From positions 5,074,722-5,138,721 of the forward strand of contig OZ037766.1 of assembly GCA_964035545.1 (NCBI GenBank): a DNA stretch of 64,000 nucleotides, written 5' to 3'. The stretch comes from Bugula neritina. Lineage: Eukaryota; Animalia; Bryozoa. Of this stretch, positions 1-42,400 are shown piece by piece. The position numbers and the translations under genes were made by a program. Position 1 is the first letter of the stretch. The number at the start of each line of letters is the position of its first letter. A model generated the notes under the pieces. That model made no database searches. It had not been told where the DNA came from and saw only the letters and a program-made list of their open reading frames with translations.

Positions 1-187
1 TTTAATTTTTTAGTAAACCATTTTATTAGCAATTGAACACTAGTTTTTAAATTTAACTGCAATATATTTAGATTTCAAATGAAATTAAACTTAAGACATA
101 ATTAGCTACTTCATGTATAATTCTTGCTTGTTTTAATCGTCTGTCCTTAATGGTGCTTATACCAGCATGCTTATGATGAACTCTCAC

Positions 188-384
188 TGAATCTTCATGT
201 CATAGTCCTCGTATTTCCTTTTTCTATCAACTAACCTTTGTGTAGGATGAAACAGTTTTATTTTGTAAGTCATTAACTTTTCTTGATTATCACATCTTGG
301 TGGTTCTAGCTCCTGGGCATTTCGGTGAGTGGATACACTGCCTTTGCAAACATCTTTCAGCTGCTGTGTTTGCTCTGTCGGTAA
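188..384 (-). CDS. Possible internal coding exon of an unidentified gene running off the left edge
   Basis: Open, charged frame (..PTEQTQQLKDVCKG..RLVDRKRKYEDYDMKI) ending at a good donor (ATTCA|GTGAGA, 188/187). Acceptor is weak or ambiguous (TTTTGATTGAG or CCGACAG). No family recognised. Confidence 0.35.
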
Positions 385-1099
385 CTCAATCAAAAATATG
401 TTTATATAATATATAATAATATATTATATTATACAGAGGGTTACAATGTCGTAGTGTATGTTTTGTAGGCTATGGTTTAAAATTTTAGTTTTATTTGTCA
501 CAACTTGGTTTAACCTCACATCTTTTAAGCCCGTAAAACATTATATGTAATAATTCACAGGTGCAAAACGCCACTGACTAATATAAGTTAATGTAAAGGA
601 GTGAAAATTTTGTTATTTTAATACATAACCAATCACACCTTAGCAAGTTAGTTCACTATGAGATAAGTATTAGTTACAGGAAATAACATTGTAGCTCTTT
701 CTAGCTCATCCAGTATTTGTAAGTTATAGTACCGGCAGAATGTAGCTAAGGCTGTAGCAAGCGGAAAGCTGCAATTGAAACCCTTAGCCGATAGGCTGAT
801 AAAATTTCCTCATTTAGTCTTTTTGCATTTTTCTATAAATGCGGGTACTTTTATGCTATAAATGAGTAATAAATACCGCCAGCATTTGCTCACGTAAGCA
901 GTGTCTTGTGCTTTTGGCATCAGTGGCTAAGTAAGTCTGTCTTTTCTTCTCTCTGCAGACTGTAGATGTTAAACATGCTACAGAAATACCTTTCTTTGCT
1001 CAATTACTTCACAGAATCAGTGCAACTAATGTGTGCTAATTGCGTTTATCTTAACTAAGTAAGGATACAGCATATAAGGAATATTGTATCATCCACAGC

Positions 1100-29553
<28,454 letters not shown>

Positions 29554-30394
29554 ATGCCTACTCCCCTCCCAGTCGTAGACTCAGCTCTAGAGAACAGTTC
29601 TCATGTAATGAAATCTACTTCTATACGCTCCTTGTGTCTTGCTTTTTATTCCGATATAATGTATTTATTTCATGTTCGTATTGCATAAATTTCTATTCTT
29701 GTATATAATGTCATTTTTTATAACATGAATCTTCATGGAAAATTATTTAATGGTTTTTCTACTTCATCAATATTGATGTTTATGTACAGATTATTGTTAT
29801 TTTAATTTCCATAATTACAAATCAAAACTACCAATGTATTTCAGAGATATATTTTATTTACATTTTATATATTTGATATATAAAATTACTGTATAGTATG
29901 CATATTTACACTGTATTTTAAAACAGTTGTGCAATCGCTAGATATATAAAAATGGAAATAAAAGAATTTTATGTATAACTTTAAATATTTTAACTGTTTT
30001 CAATTTGCATACAAATTTTACAAAATTCAACATTAAACTAAGAACTGCATAAGAAGCCATCCTGCATGGCGTTCAAATACAATATACTAAATTAGAGTAA
30101 AGGGTATACAATATTTGTTTGTAGAAATAAACAATGCAAAGGTAATTAAATCAAAAGAAATTAATTTATGCCTGAAAAGTCAAAATATGACACTAAATCA
30201 AATAAATATTGTGGATTGTAGTAACAAGTGAGAGATAAAGTAGTTATATAATGAGTCACTTCTCTGTACAGGCTGATATGAATGCGGAATATGACATACA
30301 ATGCTAGTGTCCTATATTTATCGATAAAATGTAAAAATAAATAAAATAGACATTTTGTAAAGTCTGTGTTACAAGAATAAGAAGCATCCGGCAA

Positions 30395-30460
30395 CAGATA
30401 GCCTAAGTTCTCAGATAACTCAAGTTCTCAGCTAGCCCAAGTTTACAGATAGCCCAAGTC
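30395..30460. repeat. 17-bp tandem repeat (4 copies) overlapping the EYA stop codon
   Basis: CAGATAGCCCAAGTTCT-like units start at 30395, 30412, 30429 and 30446. Confidence 0.9.
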
Positions 30461-33400
30461 AAGAGCATGGTGTAGGGCCGCTAAATCAGAATGTGTTGTA
30501 ACTCTCCAGAAAGGCCAATTCAACTGAAATGAAAAGCACAATAAATATGTCGTCTTCAAACTGCACAACAAATACCATGTCAGCGAAATAATCATTATAT
30601 TCTATTTCCAGCACAGATAAAGTCAGCAGCAGTTATTAGTGTGACAGAGAGCCATGTGTCTGTAGCTAGGCACTTTCTATTCTATATAACAACCTCTTTA
30701 AAATGAAGCCTTAGCACTGCTGTCAACGACATACCTGTTTTGCTGAGACCTCCTCATCACGCCCATCTCCGATCACCACGTAGGTACATTTGCGGCCAAA
30801 CCTTGTAGCTATTCGCTCAAAACAACTTTCCTTTCCTAAAATGTTAGCAGTCACTTATAATTTGATAAACAGTATTGTGATGAGATGTTGAATTACGATG
30901 TAACGTGTTGTAAGTCTATAGTATAAAATTAGGTAATAATAATTAGTGTAGTGCAGTACAGTGTAATGTAGTGTATGGAGTATAATATAACATGTATAAT
31001 GCACTGTAGTGTAGTGCAGTGCAGTGCAGTGCAGTGCAGTGCAGTGTAGTGATTTTATGTATAGTTCAAAAATGTTATAATTTGTAAGGTATTACAGTCT
31101 TTTAAATTTTGCCAACTTACCAATTTTTGCAGAGCTATAAATATTTTCTATTTCAAATGCACCACTCAGACCGTAGAGGAGAGTTTTTGAGATTGTGGGA
31201 ACAAGCTGAGAGCTGGTCACCAAGATGTTTAAACAATTTTTTCTACAAAATAAAATTATTTTCAATAGCCAGGTGATCAAAAGAATGGTAGAAATAAGAG
31301 TATTCAGTTTTTGCTACGACAAGGAAACAATCAACAATAGCCTGTTTTTTTTCGAAGTTCTAAATTGCAGGAATCACATTGCACAATAACCTCTAAAATA
31401 GCTCATCCTAAAGAGGTGAACCAGCTAGTTATTTGAAATAGGAACCATGAAGATGCAACAGTAAGTTATATAATTGTCATGTAAACTGTGTATTCATATT
31501 ACTAGGTATGGTGCGTGTCGGCTTTCAGACAACTTCCAAGAAACCAGAAAAATTGAAATATTTATTTATAACATATATTTCTATACTAGTAATTTGTAAG
31601 GGGCTGTAGCAGTATTAGTAGTAGTATGTTGTCCATATTATACCACATTTGTACTATTGGTTCACATATTATACTACACTATGTATTCTCATAGTCCACG
31701 CTACTAACAGTAAATTAGGGCGAACAAGGACTGGTTATGCGATATTTTAACAACTCTGCATTAATAAGACACAAAATATCAGATAAAACGTAAAAATAAA
31801 CACAACTATTAGTTTAGATAACAAGATACTTTCAGCCTTCAAGAGGGATAAAAGTGGACTTTCATACTTAGCAGCCTATGTAAAGGTATTAAATACTGGG
31901 CTGTAGGATGAAGTTATATGCAACCTCTAGCATTTGGCCCTAAGTAAACACCATCTTCTTCTACCTGCCTACTGTATTCAAGTGTGCTATGCTAAATATA
32001 GGCCACTGGAATCGTATTCTCTTGAATTTAGCTCAAGCTTTCAAATTTTGTTATAAAATAATAAACTGTTACGTAGGAGGTCAATCAATGCGATTACAAA
32101 TTATGTGAAGGAAAATAAAAAAGAACACAACATTTTCACGTAAAATCTTTTAACTTTGAAAAAAGTTCAAAAGATGTTGTTATATGTTTTTTTTTGTAGC
32201 AATCTGGTGTAGTTTTATCTTTTGAAAATTATTCATGTTTGAAAACACAGAAGGGTGAAAAATAAAACACTTTTGAATTCTGAAAAGTTGCTCAAAGTTT
32301 AAAAATGCATATCTCTAATAAATTATTCACATCAATATTAGATGCATACGTCTATATATGAGTGTCCAATATACACACACACTAACTGATGGCAGTAGAA
32401 CATTGTATCGATTGCCATGCAGTATATTAACACTACCCAGACTAGGAGCTGTGAAATGACATATCAAATCTCACTCTTAAGCCTTATTTACCCACGAATA
32501 AGTGGTAGTTAAGCCCAATTGCCAAGTGTTTGCACATTCAGCTGCAAGCTTGTGTTTTAACTCACAAATGACATACTGTTTGCTATGTAATTTTTCTACT
32601 GTATGTACAGTTACAATGGCCATGTTTATTCTATTTGTTTAACATGTGCTCACTATGCCTTAATCAAACTTTGCTTCATTGTACATTTTTCTTAAATTTG
32701 AACTTTGAGTGGGAATCCAAACATAAGATATGAATGTAACTTTGACCATGATGTCTATGTACCAACTGAAGTGAATGACTAGACCTCAATGCACTTCTTA
32801 ACTCAGGAAAACTTAATAAAAGCTATTAAATTTAATTTTCCAAGCTCAGAGAAAAAAAAATTAAAGTAAAATGTAAAATCCCACATACTCTAGTAAAGTG
32901 AGTTATTTTCTCCAACGTATCAACATGTTGTTTATATTGCCTGTAGGTGAGAACCTGGGACTAAGGTTTATGTACTGTACATTAACAGTACATGCATGAA
33001 AAATCTCACCTAGATGCTATGATGCTAAGCGACTTTAGAGCTAGAGTAAGCCATGAGTCTGTGATGGTTTCCATATCCTGCCGTAATTGCATCCATATAT
33101 CTCTCTTCTGCGAGCCTAGCAACCCTGGGAACAACACACACAATATAACGATCTCATACATTCCTCTTAATACTAGCATCACTGAATTCTAACAAATTAT
33201 CTAAATTCATTTAAACACTATTCATTCATTCTATTCATAAAAATGCAACAAGTTTTTGCAATGCTAGGTCATGCCATTGTCTTTCTAAGCAAATGTTTTG
33301 TTTATTGAAAACTTTGACATAGATCTAAACAAGGTAGGCTATTCACCAGGATTTACTGTCTAAATTTTTATGATATAAGCGTAGCTATTCATCTAGTGTC

Positions 33401-36400
33401 ATTCTTTATAACTGATAAAAACTTGTAAAACATTCGACTCCGCCACACTGGAGCCAGCAAGAATGTATATAGTAAAACGTTATTGTGTAACTTCCTACTC
33501 ACAACTGTATGGTGTGAGTAATAAAATTTGTTGTTGATTGTTTAGTTGTTGACTATATCAATATTCATAAATAAAAAGCTCACAAACAAAATCATTTAAG
33601 CTAATCACAATACCCTGAAAGGGCTGTTATACAATGTTATTTAATAGTGTAACTTTTACCTTGTTTTCATAACCAACCAAGTAATAAATGTATACGATAT
33701 CGAAGGCAAATTCAAGATACAAAACTTTTTTGAAAATCTGTAAAAAAAATTCATACCTCCCACATTAGAGCGGAAACTGTTGTAAAGCTCTTTGATTCTT
33801 CTGTATCTAAAAGCAAGTTTTCTCATCCAATCAACGCCGCCTCTTACGCCAGTGGCCACACATAATCCAGGACCTTGGGAGGCCTGGTGAAACCCATCGG
33901 CATGGAAATTGTATCCACTGCAGATAAAACATAGAAACATGTTACTACGGTTTGTTTCATCATTGAGAGGAATAAAAATATAGCAAACAAAAAGGAGTTG
34001 CATATTAACCTCAGGTCTTGGCCGTTATCATCTGACGAGACGTCATCTATATGCACCTGATCGCATTCTTCTAAATCACTAAAGAATAGGTGGTTATCTG
34101 CCAAGCTAAATATTAGCTCTTCCATTCTAAACCCAATAGATGACGACTGCGTAGCATCCTACAGGTAGATACAGCATTCGTAACATAGTAACTAACAATA
34201 CATTATATGAATAATAACAGCTTAAACAGTACTAGGGAGTGAAGTGCAGGTATTCACAGTCTTGGGCAATTTTCTAACTTCTCTGTACTTTTTCATCATA
34301 GTTTAATAACCATAAGAATTATATACAAATGAAAATTCAGATGTGAAAACTCCGTATGACTGTACAAAACCTCAAAGGTGGGTAAAATGTTCCCATTAAT
34401 CGTTCGTATAAAACGTGTACATCATTCTAACAATAATCAAAAGTGAGTTTTGATAAATCTTTATCACGAGTTTGCCGATTCTCCATGTATTTCATTTTCA
34501 AATCTATCCAATGAAACGTTTCAACAATCCTGACAACTTCAACTCTTTTATAATGCCATCAATAATTGTGACTGGGCTGTGATTATTTGCATAGTTTTAA
34601 GTTACACTGGTTCTATTCACTGTTACAATAGCAATCAAAAAATAACATTAACTCTTCCAGTAGACGACAATCATAATTAAGAGCAGGCTGCCTGTTAATT
34701 AATGTAATCGATTTATTTTATACGCTATTGGATTAATAAGAAAGGGTCATCAAAACGATTTAAACATTTTCTTTCAAAAATTCAAATGCATAATTTATCA
34801 GCGTTCTGTGCTCCGGAAGAGACACTAGTTAGTTAAAACAATTACGTTATTTCTGTTTTCGAATGATTTAGACTGGGAGCAGAGTTTTCCAGCTACTAGT
34901 CTTCTATAAATGATTTGTTTTTGAACTATTTTTAGCCTAGTTTCAGTGAGCTAAGTCTAAGGACCTTTGGACTAAAACGGATGAGCACCCAAAGTAGATT
35001 AGCCAAGCAAATATTGACCAGAGCAGGATTCTCAAGCCTGCTTATAAATACTGCAGTTCCTAAATATTTATTTAAAAGTTTAGGGGGGAGATTGGTTAAA
35101 GCCTAACATTACACAATGAAGTGGAACAGAGATTTTAGACTTCCTTAACAAGTTATGCTTAGATGAAATAATTGTTTAGCAAACAAACCCACCCTGTGGC
35201 AAGACAACTGTGACATTTTTATTACATGAATATACAGACTGACACTAGTAAGTCATGCAGTCTTAATACATAACACACAGCCAGAGTAATTGCACACACA
35301 GGGCAGTCACTCATGATCCTATTAGTAGCTGACAGCGGCTACAGCTTAAAACAATAGGAACCAATTTAAAATTCAGTGTAAAATTCATATTATAGGTATG
35401 AAGCAATCCAGGACTATGATACGCTAACTTTAGTACCTCTATTTGCTAAAGATCTTGAGGTAGGTACAGTAATGGAGAAATTGAGACAAGCCTGTGTTTC
35501 AGATTAGAAGTGTAGCAAAAGAAGTTATGTTATTGCAAGAATTTTAACCCGTGCCCCAAACCAAAATTTATTAAAAAATTTAAAGAACTCAAGCTATCTC
35601 AATTCCTCTAGTACTGCTCCTAAATGAAGAGTACATGTTTAGCAGTGTGATTTAGTTACCTTTCCAAACCGTTGAGCATATGCGCCTGTAAGCAGAGCAT
35701 GGAATATCACAATGGTCTCTTCTAAGTCCCACACAAACACTCTGTCTATGTCCCCTTCAGGGCCAGGAGAGCTTGTCTGTTTTCTGGAACGGGTTCGGCC
35801 TCGAACTGCAGCATAATTTCATTATTGAACACCTAACCCACCTCAGTAAATGTGAAGTGTTTTTTAGCTTGATCAAACATTTTCCCTTTACTCCTTAAGT
35901 CACCTTTACCAACTCTCTTAAACATTTGTTTTAAAAATTTACAAAATTATTTTAGTGAACTGTCTATTACTAAACTTTTGTTCCAATCAAAATTTTCAAA
36001 AATGTTGTTTAAACTTGATAGCAAAGCTGATGGCGGTCATCAAACAGCTTTATTGAAGAACAAGTAATTGTCACAGTGTTGGCTGTTGAGCCACTCACCT
36101 CTGGAGCTGTCTTGTTTGCCTAGTGGAGGAGAAGGTGTGGTTGGAATGGTAGGAGAGAACTGACTTTCACCTAAAGTTTATACAATGAATGAGTATATTC
36201 ACATGCCATAAGCTGCAGAATTAAGTAAATGCTGTTCCAGCGTTTACCTGCGCACTATATTAGACTAGAATTTTGTTAGAAATAGCCTGCACTACTAGAG
36301 AACATTGAAAGAATTATAAAGCTGTTAATATATCTACATACGTCACTATGTAGCAGGGAAAGGTGATTTGAAAAGAAGCGAAAGGTTTAGAGATTTGGAG

Positions 36401-39400
36401 AGAGTCTAAAACATCTAGTTTTTGGTCAATATGCCCATCCAAGTCTACGGCAGACACACTCTGCCAAGAATATGCTATAATCGACAATAAACACAGACCT
36501 TCCGAATGGTTCTTGCTGTTCGATTCATCGCTCAATGAAGGAGAGAGCTGATTGGCTGTTAATGATGACGTTGTGTCAGTTGTTGTTTGTAGATTTAGAG
36601 GCATTGCTCCTAGCAGAGAAACAGTTGAACATTCAAATGCAATACCAGATGACAGCATTAATCAGCTATACTACTAAGGTTACCAAGGTTACCATTCAAT
36701 GGTTAGGTGTTGGTCAGTTCCTTAGCAGTTAATCTCTATGGTTGTTTAAAGGTATGCTAATGCATGCAGAACATATTTAGGACTATTAGTACCCCTAGCT
36801 GTAAGATAAACTATATCAGCTAGTTGTAGTTACTCCTCCACCTTTGTTTTATAGAGCACTAGTGCCAATTCTCAGTCTAGAGTTGTGGGAAGATTTTGCA
36901 ACAAACTCGGCTGATTATAGTTTAAAATTCTTTCGCAAGACCATGAAATGAGAATGGAAGTAAACACAGAATACACTCAAAAGAGCAGCAAACTAGAGTT
37001 TCAACTCAAAACAAAAAATTCACACATAGATCTACTCTAAATCTACATTTCAAAAGCTGGAAAACTATTTTTCAAGCAGAACAAAAAACACAATTTCATA
37101 AAAAACAGGTTTTATAAATTTAAAACCCTCTACAGTTGTTAAAATAATACAGTACAACATCTATGTACATCTAGCATTTCTAGGTATTTTGATTAGTAGC
37201 AACAGTTTTTTTTATTTTCAAAAGCAGCTGCTAATATTGTTGCTCTGTATTAGTTAACAATCAAACTTCAAGGCCCATACTACTTCAGATCTCTCAGGCA
37301 AGTAAGCGGCACCTATCTATAAACAAACTGGTGATACTTGACTAATCAGTGAGTTCTTATACTTGTGAGCCTCACCTTGACTGCTAGCTGTGCTGGTAGT
37401 AGCTGGAGGAAGGTTTTGTAGTTGGTATGTCTGTGTGCTAGGCACTGTTGGGGCGGGGGTGGTGGACCCAGCCGTAGCGGGTAGGTATGAGTAAGGGTGC
37501 TGGTAGCTGTATGGGTTCTGTGCAGTACCATAGAGTCCTGTATAGTCTAGACTCTACAATTAGTAACACTTCTTGTTCAATACACAGAGAGATCATTGCG
37601 AAAGGTGCAAAAAGGCATGGCTGTGGCATGGCTGGTCAGGTGCTTAATCCCCATAGAAATATGGACATCTAATTACAACCTATCAACTATCTCTACGTGT
37701 TTGAATTACTTGAAGAAGTTTTAAAACTGTTTTCAAGTTAAACCATGAACTTTGATGCTTTTAGTTGCACTCTATTTAGAAATAAAGAATGCATTTCCTT
37801 ATAATAAAATTAAAAAAACATGAATCTAATTGGTTAGAATATTGTCCTGGCTGGTAACTGAACTATACTGTGAAATGTTACAAATCAAGGAGAACAAGAA
37901 GAACACTAATTATCTGCTCATCCTAACAATTGGTAATTAAAAACTAATTGGGTTAAAGTCTTTGAAATAATACAGGAAAATTTTATCAGTAAAATCAGCA
38001 AGGACAGTCTTGTAAACGTGCCAAAGAGTAGCAGAGAAATAGCATATTTATCATCTTCAGCTAATTGCACCATTCAGAATCAACTGAGCAAATCTGTCAT
38101 ATAATACTCCGACTGTATTGTCATTCTATATTGACTTTGTAATGATAATCGCGGCATATCCAGTTGCAGCATGCAACATAATAATAGAAACAAGAGGCAA
38201 CTGAAGGCTGAGATAGCTGAATGCTTTCTGCCCCCTTATCAACATTCTGTCCTACCAGATTGGCATCTGCATACATTTTTTATTTAATTAGTCAGAATTT
38301 TGACACATTTGCTGAAACGGATTGCACTCCATGCAAGCGAAAGCTCTTGGGTCTTGATGTTGCAATTATAATTGATACTTGCTCAATAACACTACAAATA
38401 ATAACATTAATAGATCTGTCCTGTTATATAAAAGAACATTTTCCTAGCAGAGGTGGCAAACCGTACCTGTTGTGGTGTGTTGAACATGGTGTTGGCGGCG
38501 GCAGCAGAAGGTGCACCTAAAACAGCAAAAAGATGAAGCGATTATTTTGGGTGAAATATAGAGTTACAGAGGAGAGACTATCAGGTAGCTACATTCCACC
38601 CAGTGCATTGGTCTCCCCCATTCACCGTGTTTCTGTCATGTGAACTCAAATTACCTTCAAACGAAGGCATACTAAGTACTCTTTATATTGTTAGACTATT
38701 GACAGTGTAGAAATAAACAGTATTTTCCCTACAAACCAGTTCATATTACATGAATATATAAAATTATTCTGCTTTATAGCTCTTACTACTCTTACTGTTA
38801 TATACTAATTAACAATAGAAGATAGTCATGAATGAAAACATACATAATTATATGCAAATATCATTCTAATCATGTCAGTTTTTAAAGAAAAATAAAAAAT
38901 GTTTGATAAAAATTATTTGAAAGCCAAATGATTAATTACGTTATAGATATAATATTTAAAAGAACTGCAACAACTCTCACAAGTGCACAGCTCTGCCAAC
39001 TGAAGTACTGCGAATACATGTATTTTTTACAGATCATTTTTATAGCTAGTGTCTGGTGGTAAGCCTCGTGTATAATAAATAAACTCAGCAAAATATTTAA
39101 TTCACATATAAACAACAGTTAGCTGTTCATACTGCATAGAAAGACACTGAGCAAGAGAGGACGGCCTCGTTTAAAGATCAAACAACTTTTTCTAAACAAA
39201 AGCTGATCAATTTAGAATGATAATGACTATCCACTAACTAGGTAACTCATTCTCTCCCACCCTGCACTTTGATGTGGATTCGTTTCAAAATACAAGTTTA
39301 CCACACTAGTAACTTGTATAAAAGCAGATTCACCACACTACACTCAGGGGGCTACACAATATCATGGGTAACTTTGTTACAGCCACTTCAGAGCTTTACT

Positions 39401-42400
39401 ACCTGTTTGAATCATACAGGGTAAATGATTTGATGGGACTTTTTTACTAGAACTGCACAATCATAATATAACACAACGTTAGGCCTATAAAGTATATCAG
39501 TATGGTATAGTTTAGATAACATATGCAGTTTTTGTATATATTTATTCATTCCATAAATACAATTAATTGAAAGAAAAGTGCAAAAATGCAGATGACACTT
39601 CAACTAATAACCTGCAGTATTAAGTTCCCTAAAAAGCATACAATTTTTTTCAAAGCTTTAATGAAGTCTAGTAAATTCTTTAGCCCCTTATTGAACAGCA
39701 CAATCACCAGTGAGGGTGAAAGTTGGGCAGAGTACTTGAAACACATATATAGCCAAGTTTCCTACCATAATATGAAGGAGTATAGCCTAAGTATGCACTG
39801 GTGGGATCTTTTGATCTGCCATAGTTGGGTGTCTGGGTGGGAAAGTAACTTCCGGGGTAGAATCCAGAGCTCTGTACAAAGGAGGAGGCAGACTGGGCCC
39901 CTAGTGGTGCGGGGTAAGCCTGCATGCTGACGTCTGGAGAACAGAATACAATACCATATATAATATATACAATACAATTACTATGTATTATATAATATAC
40001 TATATATTATATACAATACAATTACTATATATTATATACAATATACAATTACTATATATAATATTATGCAGCTTTTATCTATGTTATAATACAAAAATAA
40101 CCAATTTAGCTAAAGAAAAATTACCACTAGTACATCAAACATTTTAATATTTTAACCTTTAAAGATTGTTCAAAGATTTGGGTAGCAATTGTTGTGCTTG
40201 TTTTAAAAAATTAATATATGCTTCTGTTAGGTGTATTTCCAATACGCAGTATCGCACAATGATATTAATATACATTTGTTATAATTATTATACACAACAT
40301 TTGAATAACTGATGGTGTATTATTAGTTAGATATACTTAGCCCTTACAGCAGTTATTTTACTATGAGGGACAACCTCAATACAATAGTGTGAAGGAGTAG
40401 GTATTCTTCTCCTATGGTTGCAGATTGCAACGTATATATTAATAAATATTCAAAGTAATTTAATATCTCACCTTCACTTGTTGGCTGTTGTCTTATATTT
40501 GCTGTGGAAGATTCTCCACCAGTAGATGCGTCTCTCTTTTCACAAACTAGTAGTCAAAGCAATAAAAAATAGTCAGTTAGGTATTGTAATTGTTTCAATG
40601 TGTGTGAAATTGGCATATCTAAATCAATTTATGGCAAGGCTGGAGACACTCTTCATAAACAACTCCAACATATGCTGAGGGATCTAAACATATGCATGTG
40701 GAATACACACACTATTCCAGTTATGTCACATTCTTATCGAAATAGTTGTTTTTAATGTCCAACTGTAAAGTGAGCAATTACAGCTGACCTTTCTTTTATA
40801 AAGTTATAAAAACACTTATGCCCCTTTCATAGAATGTAAGAAAGTTGAAATTATGTAAACTCAAGCTAAGGTTTGTCTCAATCTGGTTTAGCTGTGATGC
40901 AAAATTCCTGTACTAAACAAACTGTCACAAGTAATAAACATTTAGTGCTAATTTTTACTACAGCAGCAGTAATAATGTTTACAGTCAACCCAGGGATATG
41001 ACTGAATTAATGAGCCGAGGATAGGGGGGCAATAGGAACCCCACATGTCTGACATATTACATGTCTGGTCCAGGCCATGGGCTATAGGCATGTTGACTTC
41101 CATTTAAGTTCAGATTTAATCACATTTAATTACAGCCCAATATAAACTAAATTAACTATGAAACACAAAATCCATCTCATTCCTTTAGATTTAGCAGCTA
41201 CCAATTATTTCCAGAAATGAAGAATGACACAACAATTTCAAGTGGCCTGTAATAGATTTTATGAGAAACTGGAGGTGACAGCCAAGTAATAATTAGCTGG
41301 GCATACAGCTTGTAGGTAGTCCAGTCAGTGAAGACAGTGGATGTGTAACCACTGCATCAGTGGCTGGATGTCCTACTGGGTCAAGAATGCTTCAACGTTG
41401 ACACTTTTAGCTCATCCAATAAATGACTCATGTAAAGCTGCGTGAAAGTCCCTTAAATTGAATAACTGAAAAGGTTGTCAGACTGTTTGGCGATCTTATA
41501 ATTAAATCTTAACTGCACGCAGGAAACAAAACTTATATCTAAACTCTTCACAATTCTACTACATCTTTTCATTTCATGTTTCAAATAATGTTGAATCCGC
41601 ACATAATGGCTCCTGTGTTAGACAAATAGAGTGGCTTTGAGTTTAATAATTACGAATATCACCGCAGTTTAAATAAAAGTAAAAAAAAACTTATGACAAT
41701 AAAAGGTTAATACTAGCACTTTACCCAGTTTCTTGGAATCAATGTATTTTTAAATATACATTTTTACTGAAGGCAAATGCTTACTTGAAGATTGGACTAG
41801 ATCCTTTGGTCCAGCACCATTCAACCAATCCAAGTTGTTCACTTCCCCATTAACTCCTGCTAGCTTGTTACAACCTGTCAAACGAACAAAGAACAGAAGA
41901 GTTATTTTTATACAGGAAACTGTTCAAAAAACAAGATTTAAAAGACACGCACTAATTAATTAAATCCACAATTAAGTAACACACAAAGTAGAGGTAAAGA
42001 TGCACTGAGAGTTATAGTAGATATGTGGCTACAAGTACAATAGATATGTGTTGAGAATTCAGTGAGAGATCATGTGTCAACTCTGACCTAACTGTTAGTA
42101 GATTTTATTATTCAATGGATGGTACTTGATCACATAAAAAGAAGTAGTTGAACTAAAGCTTCGCTTAGCATAATAGCATTGCATTTAGCTAAAAAGCACA
42201 CAAAATGCTAGCAGTGTGTGCTCTGAGTGTACGTATTGAAACAACTATGTAAATTTTTAGCAAACCCAAAAGTAAACACTTGGCTTTAATACCATATTCA
42301 TGATGAGCAAACATTCGACTAAACTGCCAATAAATTATTTCAGATAGTTGTTTGTTCATACACTTTTTGGGACACCGTATTTAAGTCCCAAATTAAAAAC

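Noticed and set aside
29554-29688. ATG immediately after the ferlin TAG, opening 44 in-frame codons (readthrough or reinitiation?)
   Set aside because: TAG-A is not a leaky context, the ferlin already ends at the conserved ..KRIVGA terminus, and an ORF this short can arise by chance; ribosome profiling would be needed.
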